This document shows positions 1 to 11,900 of a stretch of DNA of 64,000 bases, piece by piece. The first letter of the stretch is position 1. The number at the start of each line of letters is the position of its first letter. Origin of the DNA: Eutreptiella sp. 'Long Island Sound 2002' (lineage: Eukaryota > Protista > Euglenida); assembly GCA_964036045.1 (NCBI GenBank), contig OZ038378.1:64418001-64482000 (forward strand). The letters are read 5' to 3'. The notes under the pieces are model-generated. The model was not told the DNA's origin and searched no databases. It saw nothing but the letters and a program-made list of their open reading frames with translations. A program made the translations under genes and the position numbers.

Positions 1-2223
1 TCGCCCACCCATGGGTCACTGGGCCACTGGACCACGCGCCCACAGGCCATGGCAGGAAAGGATTGGAATGGTGAAAGTCCACAGGATGGTGTGGGTTGAG
101 AGGGGGCCATGACCCCAGGCCCGTGACACCTCCTGTTGTGTTCCCGTCCCTGCGGTGTTGTGTGCAGTGTGCACGTTCCTGTTGGGGTGTGTGTTCGCTC
201 CGTGTGCCCCCCCAAGCTAGGTCAACGTGTCTCACACACAAATCAGCCCCCCCTCCCCCGTCTAGGCCTTTATTGAACACTCCCCGCCTCCCAACAGCCA
301 GCAGCACGCTGTGATGTGTGTCAGCGAGTCTGCACAGCACAAAAACAAACAAGATCTGGTGAGGGGCGAGCAGCAGAGATACTGCGCCGCCAAAGCACAG
401 GCAGTCTACAGCCGGGTGGCACACCTCCATAAAACACAACCAAGTGCGTTACACCAGAAGTACTAACCTACTCCGCTTCTATGGTACACCCCACAGAATA
501 CACCTGTGCCCTTTGGTTTTCGGGGTATGCAGCTGCAGCTGCCATACACCGAACCATACCACAAGCACTGGCCTTCAGGATTCGAGGCACGAAAGAGGTG
601 TAAAGTAAGTGGACGGGGCACTTTTTCATTGCAAGGGCTTGAAATGGCAATGTTGCTGATTTCTAATTTTGAATCAACTCGCCGCAAATCAGTGCACTGC
701 ATTTGCACTGTGTTTTATGCGGCCCCGAAACACCTTTTGCCGGAGGTTCCACTCCCCAACCCACCCCACACCAAAAAATGCAGTGGGGTGGGGGTTAGGG
801 GGCTCACAACCAAATATTTATTGAGGGAGACTTTTATTGGACAAAACAAGGAAACAACAAGGAAACGGCAAACTGAAATGGGCCCACAAAGTGGTAGGTG
901 TTTCGCATGTACATAAGCCCACCTAGATTTGGTCTAACCAACCTCTTCAAGGTGATTTTTTTGGCTCAACATTGCAAAATTTCCAAAGGTTTGTTCGTTT
1001 TTGCCAGCGCCCCCGCCCCCCAAAAAGGGGAGATCAATCTTTTTTTTTTGAACCCCCGCTCAGGGTTGGGGGGGGCCTCGACAAAAACTCATTGGGTAAT
1101 ACTTGGATTGGACACAATGAGGATTCTAGAAGGGGTCAAACCCCTGATTTATCCCCCTGGGCTATGGTACACTAAATGCCCCCACAAAATGGGGGGGCTG
1201 AGTGGCGTTTACCGTGCATGCAGGCCCCTGTGGTTGTGATCTGACATCCCCTATGAGGTAGTTTTGAGTTGGTCAAGAAATGGGGTGTTTGAAAATATTT
1301 CACCCCAGATCCCCCCAGCTGAGGGGGGTTTAGGGGATAACTCGCCTGCTAGTGATGTGTTAGACAAGACGGCTGTGGAGCATCCCAAAAAGCAGGCAGG
1401 ATCTACATGCACTAGTGTGAGCCTTCCACTTGCAGTCATGTATGGTCAGTGCACATGTGCACACCCTCTCATTAGGGTGGGAGGATGCATGTTTGGGTGT
1501 TTTTTTCTTGTCATTTATGCAATTGTTTGAAGATACCATGCACAGTGATAGTTTCTCCTTGTGGCCAGACAACTGTTGATGTGTTTTTAACCCTATGTGC
1601 CTTTTGGGTGCTGGTGGATTCCAAGGGATTGTTGCACAAGCTGTCCAAGCAATTTTGAGCCTCAACAGCCCAAATTTTAAAAACCGGGTTTTTCGTCACA
1701 ATCATCAAATGTCGCATGCTCTTTATGTGTTCCTTCACCCTATTTGGTCACTAGTTGCTAGGGGAGGGAGGTCCCAAGAGACCGCTCCACCAGCTTAAGT
1801 TATCTTCAACCTGAACAGCACCTGGGCAGCCCTTGGTTTTGACAGATAGTGGTTTGGGAGTTGTGGTGCCAATGGCGTTAGAAGGTTTTTTTCCATGCCT
1901 AGAGCAAGTCTTAATTTTTCAGTTTCACCCCCTCTGTGTAAAGATGAAATGTTGAGGACTCAACATGGAATGCAAATATGACAGAAAACATGTCTGGAGT
2001 GCATGTCGCATTTCAACCGGCGTATTGCAGATGTCGGGCGAGTTGAGTTCGTTCATGTGCAAGTTTAGGGTTGGAGGATAACAGATTCAGTTTTTGCCTA
2101 AAGCAAGTCTTGCGTGCGAGTAGGGCATTTCTTTTATATTCTCTTTTGCTTCTCCTACAACGCTGCGCCCGTATCTGAATCTGACACGTATCCCTAGAAG
2201 AATCACAGGAAATGTGTAGTGTG

Positions 2224-3791
2224 CAACCCCCCCCCCCCCCCGAATCGGAGCCTGATTTCCCCAATTCACCCCGATTTGTTAGCCCGATTCAGTGGGTTGC
2301 AGGATTGAACACCAGAAAAAGGCATTGTATGTGCAGGAATTCTTCAGCTGACAGATAGGATACCTCAGTGTCACAGCCGTCTGGCCATCTGTGCATTTGT
2401 TTTGTTTGTTCACAGACCCACAATGATTTCCACAGTGATTTCCAGTATGCGATTTTTTGGTCGCTTTGCAGGTGGATATAGTTCCCAAAGGGTGTGCAGA
2501 ATCTGCCCGTTGGCCCTTTGGTCATCGGTTGTGCACTAGGGTTCAAGCCTTGGAGGCCCAACTGCACGCATCTGTATCTGCAGAAGATGTGTCTGCAGTG
2601 GTCAGTGGTCAGTGGTCGGCATGCAGCCTATACTCAGCCTGTTGCGAAATGATGACATGAAGAATTATTACTGAAAACAATTCGAAGAGGTTGCTCAAAA
2701 GTGTTTGGCAGTCATCTCCAAATATAAAAGAACACAACCGATGCTCTATGATGAATTGCGGGTGTTTGATCCAAGGCAACGTGACAGCATGCCAAGGGAT
2801 ATTGAGGCCTATCCCAATTTTTTCACAAGCAGATGAAATGGAGGTGTTGTGTGCATTTGGTGATTGGAAGTTGTACCACCAGGGGAAAATTTTAGAAAGG
2901 GACAAATTTGATGTGGACAAATTTGGAAACCCTAACTCGTACCAAATATTTCCTTCAATTTTAAGGATGCGATGTGTCAAAATGTGTGCACCACGCATGG
3001 GCTGCAGGAGGGGTGGGTTTTCTGCGCGCTGCATGCAGTGTGAATGCGCAACATGGATGAGACGTGGTGTCAACTGACACTGCGTTCTCTGTAGGTCCTC
3101 AAGACCGCCGATGTTCACAGCAGAAGGAGAGTCGTGGGCAGATGGGCAGAAGGCCACCAGGAAATAACAGCAGCCATCCACTAGGAAGCAACAGCAAGGG
3201 ACCTTATACCAAAATTTTCCTTCATTTCTAAGGGCCAGTTCCAAATTCCCCCCCGTAATTATAGCCCTTCCAAAAAAAACCCTCAAATTATTCCCCGGGT
3301 GGTATTGGAAGCAAAGGGTTGCTGATGACCCCGATTTTGATGTGTTGCAATGGTGGGAGAGGGCATGCAACCACATGGGTTTGGCAAATTTGGGCCGTGT
3401 AGCTCTGAATGCCCTCACCTTCCCAGTGACTACCACCGTTGCCAAGGGTCATTTCGCATCATGAAAGGCCTGATGACCCTCGACCGGCCCTTCATGTCTC
3501 ATGATTCACAGATTGGATATTTGCGTGCAATGATCAATGGTCATGTGAACAAGTGTATTGCCTCTTGGGCATTGTCGCCACAGACAATATTTCTGGAAAA
3601 TTGTTTGGCAGCTTGTGCAATTTGTTTTGCATTTTTCGCGGGTGAGCTCGCTCAAGGGGGCCCTCACAGTGTCCCAAGACCTAATGCTCCACTTCCAGCC
3701 CCCTGAATTGAGTGTGTTTTCCTCAAATCATGCCTCCCGAATCATTGGCCTGATTCAGTGAAAATTTTGCCCCGATTCGGGGGGGTGGTTG
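2224..3791. mobile_element. Non-autonomous TIR DNA transposon (~1.57 kb) with 6-bp target-site duplication
   Basis: Left end CAA-(C)15-GAATCGGAGC is inverted to right end GCCCCGATTCG-(G)6-TGGTTG. AGTGTG is directly repeated at 2218-2223 and 3792-3797. CCGATTC/CTGATTC motifs recur subterminally at both ends. Confidence 0.7.
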
Positions 3792-4329
3792 AGTGTGGAG
3801 CGTCTGAGGTGCTTACTACCCCAGTTAGTTGCCCCCTTCCCTCCTCCAAGCACCACCCCCTCCATTCCCTCTTTCCTCCTCTGCCTGCAACCTCCTGACC
3901 TCTGTCCCCTTATCCGGCATGCCCCCCACCCCCTCCAAGAAGCCCCCCCCCTCCAAGTTTCCCACAGACACTTGGACTGAGGTGCACATTGGAATCATTT
4001 TATGTGACCTAGTCTTGCCACTGGGGGGAGGGTGTTAATCTTTAATTGTCCGTAGACAGCTGACTCTCTCTGCTGTTCGAAGTGCCTTGCCGAAGGCAGT
4101 AGGATTTTACAAGGGATACCCCACCCCCGTGAGTCCGACATGATCACTTGCACATGCAGTGGATATGGTTTGTGTTGGTTATTGTGATGAAGTTGTCTGG
4201 TTTGCACTTGGTTAAGCCCATTCATTCGCTCAGGCCCATTCACCGCATTCAAACAATGACTGTGGCGTTGCTGGTACTCGGGCGCATGCTCAAGGATTCA
4301 TTACCCTTGAATCCAAAGAGGTAGAGGGC

Positions 4330-4846
4330 AGGGATGCATTAGAAGGGTCGGGGGGCAAGAGCTGATGTTGGGAGCGGTTGGGAAGGCGGTTTGAAGGGGT
4401 TGGCTAAACAGTTTGCAGCAGTTACTGTTCCTTACAAATGCCGCAGCACCATCTGCGCTACCTGATGCTTGACATGCAATTGGTGCTCTCTACACCTGGC
4501 ACACCATCCGCAAGATGGGTACCATGGCCATGGAGGTGTTTGGTGCAGCAATCCGAACGATTACTGTATTGGGGCGGTGTCTTCAACTGAGGCCACCAGC
4601 TACTCCTGATCCCCCTGCCCTTGTCGTGGGTGTTCATTTTGGTTGGCACATTTGTAATGCAACTGTGGGAGACCACCACATCTCCATCACGTCCATCATT
4701 AGCGGGTTCAACAGAGGCAGGATCTGCGACACAAACACGGAGGGCACATTCTTGCGAGGGAAGGGAGTTGGGGAACGGGAGAGAGTGGCCATTGCAGGCT
4801 TGTCCCACAGAATGCGGGGGATACCTTCCCCTTCCAATGCATCCCT
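4330..4846. mobile_element. MITE-like element with 18-bp TIRs
   Basis: AGGGATGCATTAGAAGGG (4330-4347) vs CCCTTCCAATGCATCCCT (4829-4846), 17/18 inverted match. No clear TSD. Confidence 0.65.
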
Positions 4847-5929
4847 CGGGGTGGGCAGTTTAGAAACATGAAACTCTGTGAAACAAAAAGATTTCACTTC
4901 TTTTTCGTTACATAAACCGTTGGATCTCAGCCCCTCCTTCCCCTCTCCAATTCCAAAGCTGGCCTGCCCCCACCATCAGATGATCTGATGGGTTGATCCA
5001 CCTGTTATGCTGGCATTCTGCAGGATAGCATTTTCAGCCTGAGCTTTAGTGTGAAGGAGCAGCCGCAGGTGGTGCCAGGGTCGCTGGTCAAGCCTTTCGT
5101 TTTTGATCTTCCAGAAGAGTGTCTACGCCAAGGGCCGGAGGTGAAGGAAATGATCATCAATGCCCTGGAGGCCACATACAGTCCAGTGTTGGGCTCATAT
5201 GTGATGTCGAATCACATTCCTTATCCCATGCTGACAAACAGGTTTCTGAACTTGAGGTCCACTATTTGCTGTGCTACTCGCTGCACTGCTGCACTATCCA
5301 GCAGATCAAGCGGATCACCTATGAGCAACCGGCAACAGACATGGCAGCTTTATGGGGATTGGATAGTAGGGCCATTTGGAGGAGCAAGCATTGCCATTTG
5401 GTTTCTCTCATTGCCCCTTCATCCCTGATTAGTCCACAATTGACTTGTTGTGCTAGCGGGTATGACTCTCCAAAGTTGCCTGGACATGGCGACTGGAGAT
5501 CTATTTGCACTTACCTTATGTGAGGTCTGGCATTGTTTATCTTTGTCATCCTCGTGGTTGCAAGGTAAGAAGGGTTACGGTGGGAGGGGGGGGTTCAAGG
5601 GATTGGAAGGGGAGGGGGGCATTTACTTATGGTGAGAATACATGTAGGTCAATCCCCATTCAAGACTGAATATTGGGACCGAGATGGTGGGGGTTGGAAC
5701 ATCAGGTACACTAGTAAAAAGGGCCGAACAAAAACGCATGTTGAGAGACCCCAGAGCGATTTACACCACCGCCCCTCCTGTACCCCAAGACTCTTACCTG
5801 CTCCTTCGCTTGCCCGAGAGACATCCCCGCACACTCATGTGAGCCCCCCCCCCCCCCGCAAGCCTCTTCCATTTATAACCCGCTCGCTCGAGAGACATGC
5901 CACCCCAAGCATTCCGCCTAGACCCCCCT

Positions 5930-6245
5930 GTACGTGCCGTCGGTCCTAAAGCCACCCATGTCATGGGGTAACTTGCATGGGCTAATATGGCTCAAATATG
6001 GCTCAAAGAAACTTTCAACCATTTGTTGGAGCCCCCCAAGTGGTCTATCAACAACTTTGGAACAAATCATTTTTGACCACTTTTGGACCCACAAGTGACC
6101 CCCCGCAATCACGTGTGTGTGCACACTAGTGGTGCCAATGACACATTGAAGGGTGTTGACTGCGCAAAGATAGGTTGGAAGTCATCATTTAGTTATTATC
6201 ACAAGGATGCCCAAGGTAATCCATGGCTGTCAACTTCCTTGACAC
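5930..6245 (+). repeat. Copy of a dispersed degenerate ~350-bp repeat family
   Basis: Shares blocks TTGCATGGGCTAA, TTTTGACCACTTTTGGACC-CAAGTGACCCC and AAGGGTGTTGA with copies near 16340, 17335, 17710, 26150 and 26370. Confidence 0.7.
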
Positions 6246-6607
6246 CAGCCATTTACAATATACTGCACGATGCTAGCAGGTTGCTACCGATAATGTGCCA
6301 CTGCGTGCATGTGTCGCAGGAACGCAGAACAAAAGAAATTCTACATGCACGGACAATTTTCCTTGGAATTCAGTGCGACACATAGTGCGTGTACTTAATG
6401 AGCAGCACCCCGAAAGACTTGACCCACGTGCACCACCTGCAGAAGGTTCTGTGAGACAAGATGCCACTGGGCATTTTATCCTTGCAAAGTATCACATGCG
6501 GTACATCTTGATTCTGGAACATGTAGTGTGCCACCTACACACTGTTCTAGTTCAAAGACCAAGGGTCAAGGGGCTGGCAATTTCTTCTAATCACTAGAAT
6601 AGGACAA

Positions 6608-6623
6608 CACACACACACACACA
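6608..6623 (+). repeat. (CA)8 microsatellite at the 5' junction of the non-LTR element
   Basis: Read directly from sequence; ends immediately before G6624. Confidence 0.9.
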
Positions 6624-6679
6624 GGTCTCTTTTGTTAACCCCTTCACGTGGTGAGACCGTTGGCACCGAAAGTTAACAA
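6624..6679 (+). ncRNA. HDV-like (delta-like) self-cleaving ribozyme
   Basis: P1 GGTCTC(6624-29)/GAGACC(6653-58); P2 TTGTTAAC(6632-39)/GTTAACAA(6672-79); P3 CC/GG closing L3 TTCACGT (6643-49); GT after P1'; J4/2-like CGAAA (6667-71). The nested double-pseudoknot order is correct. Confidence 0.75.
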
Positions 6680-6782
6680 CGCATCAATCTGAGCTGCCTA
6701 GCAGCGCACGAGGCCAAGGGCCAGTTTCAGCAACTGGATCCCGGGTTTCCATTTTCAGGGCCCCTCCCCCGGGCCACACACA

Positions 6783-8904
6783 ATGCCGCCCACGGTCTCT
6801 GCCACGGATGTTGCAGCCATCACGGCGGCAGTACTCGAGAAATTGAGAAAAGACGTCACTGCAGCGGTTACGCAGGCGCTGGGACAACGACAGGGCAATG
6901 GCGTGCCCTCCAGGCGCAGCAGGAGCGAGAGCTTGGGCGAACGGCAGCGGCAAGAGCAGCCTCCAGCGGTGCGCAAGGACGCGGACGCTCCGCCCTCTGG
7001 CAGGAGCCGCAGCAAGGGCACACAACAGCGCTCGGGGAGCCCGCGCGCGCAGCGGACACGCGGCACCACGCCGGCCAAAGGGAAGGCGAAACCCGGCACG
7101 GCAACGACCGAGAGCGCCCTGCTCGCCACCATCGAGGAGTTACGAGGCACTATACGCGATCTAAGGAAGGAGATTGCAGCCCTGCGCAACGCTGGGGGCT
7201 CGCAGCAGCCGCAGGAGGCAGGAGCGCGGCAGAAGGAGCGGCGCGCCCGCGAGGAGGAGAAGAAGGACGCCACACAGAGGACCCAGCTGGCGCAGCCCCC
7301 GCCCCAGCAGACCTGCGCGTCGGCGGTACAGACGTCCACGCGGAGAGGGCGTGCGCACACGGTGGTGATCGCCAAGAAAGAGCCTCAGGCTGCAGGTATC
7401 CCTCTCCAGCCAGTCGCGGAGGAGCTCCAGAGAACGGCCGAAAAGGGAGGATATGGCGCTGTACTGCCGGCACGGCCGTACAGGGATCGCGATCTGGTGG
7501 ACACGGGTATGACGCAGCTGGCGCCGTTGTCTACGCTAGCGCAATGGCCCACGACGCTCAAGAAATTGCTTGTGGTGGGCAAAGCCACAGAAGATGCATG
7601 GGCTCTGGCCTCGGAGGCGCTGATGGCTCACAAGAGCCTGCAGGAAGTGGCTGCGATCGTGAATGTGGGGCCTGCAGGAAGTGGCTGCGATCGTGAATGT
7701 GGGGCGCCCGGGAGCACCGCCGGCGATCGATACCCTGCTTCGCTCGGTGGGATGGAGCAAGGAGGAGCTGGCTCTCACAGGCGCTCACTTGTCAGTCACG
7801 GCGACCAACAGATCCAGCCAATGGGAGCCTGTCGACCCGGGGCCAGCGGTGTGGCCACCGGGGTATCGTCTGCTGCTACGGTGGAGCACGAAGGAGACCC
7901 CAGAGGGCAAAGCGCCGCAGCCGCTAGCTGCGGTGGTCACTGCAGGCACTGCAGGGATGGCATGCCTGTATTGCTCGCTGGACAAGTTGGAGGTAGCCGA
8001 CGGCTTACCTCCCAACCGAACGAAGGCGGATGCCACCAGGTGGGGGTGCAGAGTGGCCTGGGACCACTTGAGGGAGATAGTCCAGCCGCGGCTGAAACAG
8101 AGGCCGCCCATGGCGGTGAGGGGTGGCCCGGGGGACACGCTGGAGGTCGCCATGGACTTGAAGATGGAACAGGTCGGATCGGCGGTCCGTCACACGGGCG
8201 GATGCCCGGGGGTCGAGTACTGGGCGGGCAAACCAGCCCCAGAGGCGTTGACGACAACCACTATGTGGATGAATCTCCCGACGGAAGTCAGAACGACCAC
8301 GGCCGACATATGGGCGCGCCTACATGAGGCCCCCTGGTTTGCGGGGATACACGCCGGAGATCGGCCAGGCAGGATTGGGGTCTCCGTCTGGGGCCCTGCG
8401 CCAGCATGCGACGACATTCGCGGGCGACTGGCGGCGGAGCTGGGTACAGAGGTGAAGCAGCCCAAAACACTTGCTCGAGTGTACGGCTATGGGCCTGGCT
8501 TTGGCTTGGATGCGTGCGATCCGGACTCCTATGCCCAGCAGGAAGTACGCCGGGTGTGGCCGTCCATGGATGTGAAGCTACTGGACTGCCAGCATCTCAC
8601 GCGGTCCGGCCTTCAGCGCCCCACCTTTGCGCTTACTCCGGAGGGTGTACCGAAGGAATGGGAGCAGTCCATCTTGCGGGAGAGCGACGCGCGGCTGCGA
8701 CAGAAGGTATGGGTCCGGTGTGTGACCCAACAGGCCGCAGGGCAAAGAAAGCATGTGGGCCCTGGTGCACAGCTGGTGTGTGGCCCCCGACCGGAGGCGG
8801 AGGACCCCAGCCAGCAACTGGCACAGCAAGAGCCGTGGAGGTCGCCGCAAAATGACGAGGTGGCGAGCGAGGACGAGGACATGAACAGAGCAGGCGAGCT
8901 GTGA
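6783..8904 (+). pseudogene. Non-LTR ORF1 (gag-like nucleic-acid-binding protein, ~695 aa), frameshifted by a 34-bp duplication
   Basis: ORFs 6783-8327 and 7663-8904 join if one copy of the 34-mer is removed (2122-34=2088 nt). N-terminal coiled-coil (LLATIEELRGTIRDLRKEIAALR) and basic segment. Confidence 0.75.
7637..7704 (+). repeat. Perfect 34-bp tandem duplication
   Basis: CCTGCAGGAAGTGGCTGCGATCGTGAATGTGGGG x2 (7637-7670, 7671-7704). Confidence 0.95.
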
Positions 8905-11900
8905 CGCGCGACTGGGGAAGGGCCCGGATACTGATCCTGTGGCTGTCGCTTGCTAGATGGCTCTGGCTGATTGCAACTACGACATCAACGACAAGCGTGC
9001 ACATGCCTCAACGACGCCCCCTGTCTACCCTGGGATGGCCGAAGCAGTATGATCTGCAGACCCCCCCCCCCCCCCTGGGGGGGCCCGAGGATCCGGACCC
9101 TCAGCCCGGCAGGAGGGTGTCTCTACGCCCACAGCCCAGGAGTGCGCCCCGGGAGGAGGTGATGACCCTGGGTTTCCTCCGGGGGGTGCTAGCAGGATGG
9201 CTCTGGCTGGATGCGACTACGATATCGGCGGCAGGCGGCGTGCGAGTGCCCCAGCAGCGCCCCCCGTCAGCTTTGGGGTGGCCGAAGCAGTACGACGTGC
9301 AAGCCATGCTGCTGGGCCGTTGTGGGGATATTCATCCGAGGCCGGGACCCCTGCAGGTGGAGTCCGCGAATGTGACCTCTCTTCAGCGACAGTGGCGGCA
9401 GGTCATGACCTCCAAGGCCGACATAGTCTGCCTTCAAGAAACACGGCTTACCGCAGCGGGACAGAGAGCCATGGCCGCGCCGGCACGCAAAATGGGATGG
9501 TGCGCGCTTTGGGGCGCGCCGCTCGCTCATAACGGAGCGGGAGTATGGGACATAGGACCCGGCGGCGTGGGCATACTGTATCGCCCAGGCATGGTGATGC
9601 AGCTGGCGGCTCGCCCGGCGGATGATGAGGCCGTCGAGGCGCTGTGGGCGTCAGGGAGGTGGATGCATGCCCACCTGGCGCATGCGGAGGGCCGTAGCAT
9701 TCTCAACGTGCAAGTGGCCTATGGTATTGTGGCACAAAAACGCCCTAATGCCCAGCTATGGAAAACGGTGTTGCGCTACACGGCCAGGCTGGGGAATTCC
9801 CCGCAGATAATATGTGCAGACTTTAGTTTCCGACTCTCTGACGAGAACGACATGCCGAGGGAAATGTTCACAGCATTACGGAAGGGCCTGCTCGTGGATG
9901 TCATGAGGGCCCGTGCGGAGGCCCGGGGGCATCAGCCATGCACGACCTACCAGGGCGGCGCGGGCGCGGGAACCCGCATTGATGGGATCCTAACAGACCC
10001 CAGAGTGGCGTCCCTGGTGCACGAGGAGGGGGTAATTAAGAAGCCGGGGCTGCCGGGTCACTCTCTCTTGCGAGTGAGCATTACCCTGGACATGGCGAAC
10101 CAGAAGGTGACCAAGATCAGGAACCTGGAGGACCCTGAGGAGCATACCATGCACACGGAGGAGCGCCAACGGCTGGCCTCAATTTTCTGGGACAGTATGC
10201 GCAGACCCTGGAAAGCGGCGGTATGCGCCGAGGACGTCAATGGAATGTGGCACACGTGGACATGGGCGGCGGAAGAATTTTTGCTGATGGAGCTCGGGGA
10301 GGACAGCACCGTGGAGTCGGCGCTCCGCATGCATTGGCCGGGCCCCCCGGTGGTGATGGCCGACCCGATGGAGCCAGAAAAGCGGGGGCGGGGCACCTCG
10401 CATACGGTGGCCACTACCAAGCTTTGCCCTAATAAGAAACTGCCCAGCGGGGCGCCAAAGACCAGAGCCTTTTGGATCATGGACGCGGTCAAAGGAACGC
10501 TGAAGCAGGTACTGCGGTATGTTCGGGCGCACGAGCAAGCAGGCTTGAGAAGAGTGGGCGGGTGGCCCGGGGGGGTAGAGCAGTGCTGGCTCTGTGCGCA
10601 CAGGGGCATGGACCAACTGCAACAGGAGCGCCCCCCCCCCCCCCTGGAGGGGATTGTGGTGCCTTCGCGAGACAGACTATGCGATCCCCGGACGTTGGAG
10701 CCGCTCATAGCGGCCCTGGAAGCGGCGGTACGAGCGCGGGCGCTGCCGGAGGAGAGGGCGCGAGTGCAGGCCTGGAGACAGTGGATAGATCAGTCCTGGG
10801 CGACCTCGCCACGAGTGGTATATCGATGGATCAGAGGAGCGGGAGACACAGCCTTGCAAATGGTGCGAACCCCAAGCGGGGAGTTCACGGCAAACATTGC
10901 AGAAATGGATGAGGCCATCAGAGCGGCTTGGGCGCCAGTGAACAGATGCTATGAGACGAACCCGGAGCCCTCTGTGGACAAGTTCATGCAGGAATACAGG
11001 CACCATGTGCGACACAGTGCGATGAAGGCCAGAGTGCTCACGGGTGACGTACTGCTGCAGCGGGCACGCAAAATGGGGGTAAAAACGGCCAATGGCCTGG
11101 ACCTCTGGTCAATTAGCCTGCTTAAGCGCCTCCCGACGCCCGTCTGGGACGCGCTGGCGGAGCTCCTGCGCATGGTGGAGCGCACAGGGCAGTGGCCAGA
11201 CAGGGTGGCAGAAGGCTTCACGTCGCTGGTGCCCAAAGGAGAAGGGGGGGGCGACCCCATGAAGCTGCGGACCCTGACAGTTCTCTCGCAAATCTACCGT
11301 ATATGGGCAGGGGTCAGAATGGAGCACGCACTGCAATGGCACGAGCAGTGGATACACCCAGAGGCGTACGGATTCCGCCCCCACCGGGGGGCCATAGACG
11401 CGGCGACGGTCCTCACTCTTTTGGTGGAGCTGGCACAGGCGCTCAAGACGCCACTGGTGGGGCCAGGCACTAATTACACTAAGTGCTTCGACGTGATTCC
11501 GCAAGCCATCTCGATGGCCCTAATGGAAGCGCAGGGAATCGATGAAGCAGTCCTCCGAGCGTTCAGCGGCATGTAGCGGCAGCTGAGGTGCATGTTCAAG
11601 ATCAAGGGCTGCCTGGGGGTCTGGTGGGCAGCCACGAATGGGGTGCTGCAAGGGTGCCCGCTCAGTGTGATAGTTATCAATGCCCTCACGACCACGTGTA
11701 AGCGCATCATCGATGACGTAGGAAAGCCAGTGGCGGTCACCACAAAGGAGATGCCGCCCGCACCAAAAGAAGAGGAGATCCCCTGATGCTACTGGACCAG
11801 CTATGGAACCCGTCTAGATCATATATGGGTATGGAGGTGTGTGCAGCCCTGCTGCTGCTGGTAGCAAGGCTTGGTGGTGGATGGCGAGCACGCCCCGCCG

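Noticed and set aside
785-805. GGGGTTAGGGG as telomeric repeat
   Set aside because: A single unit, not an array.
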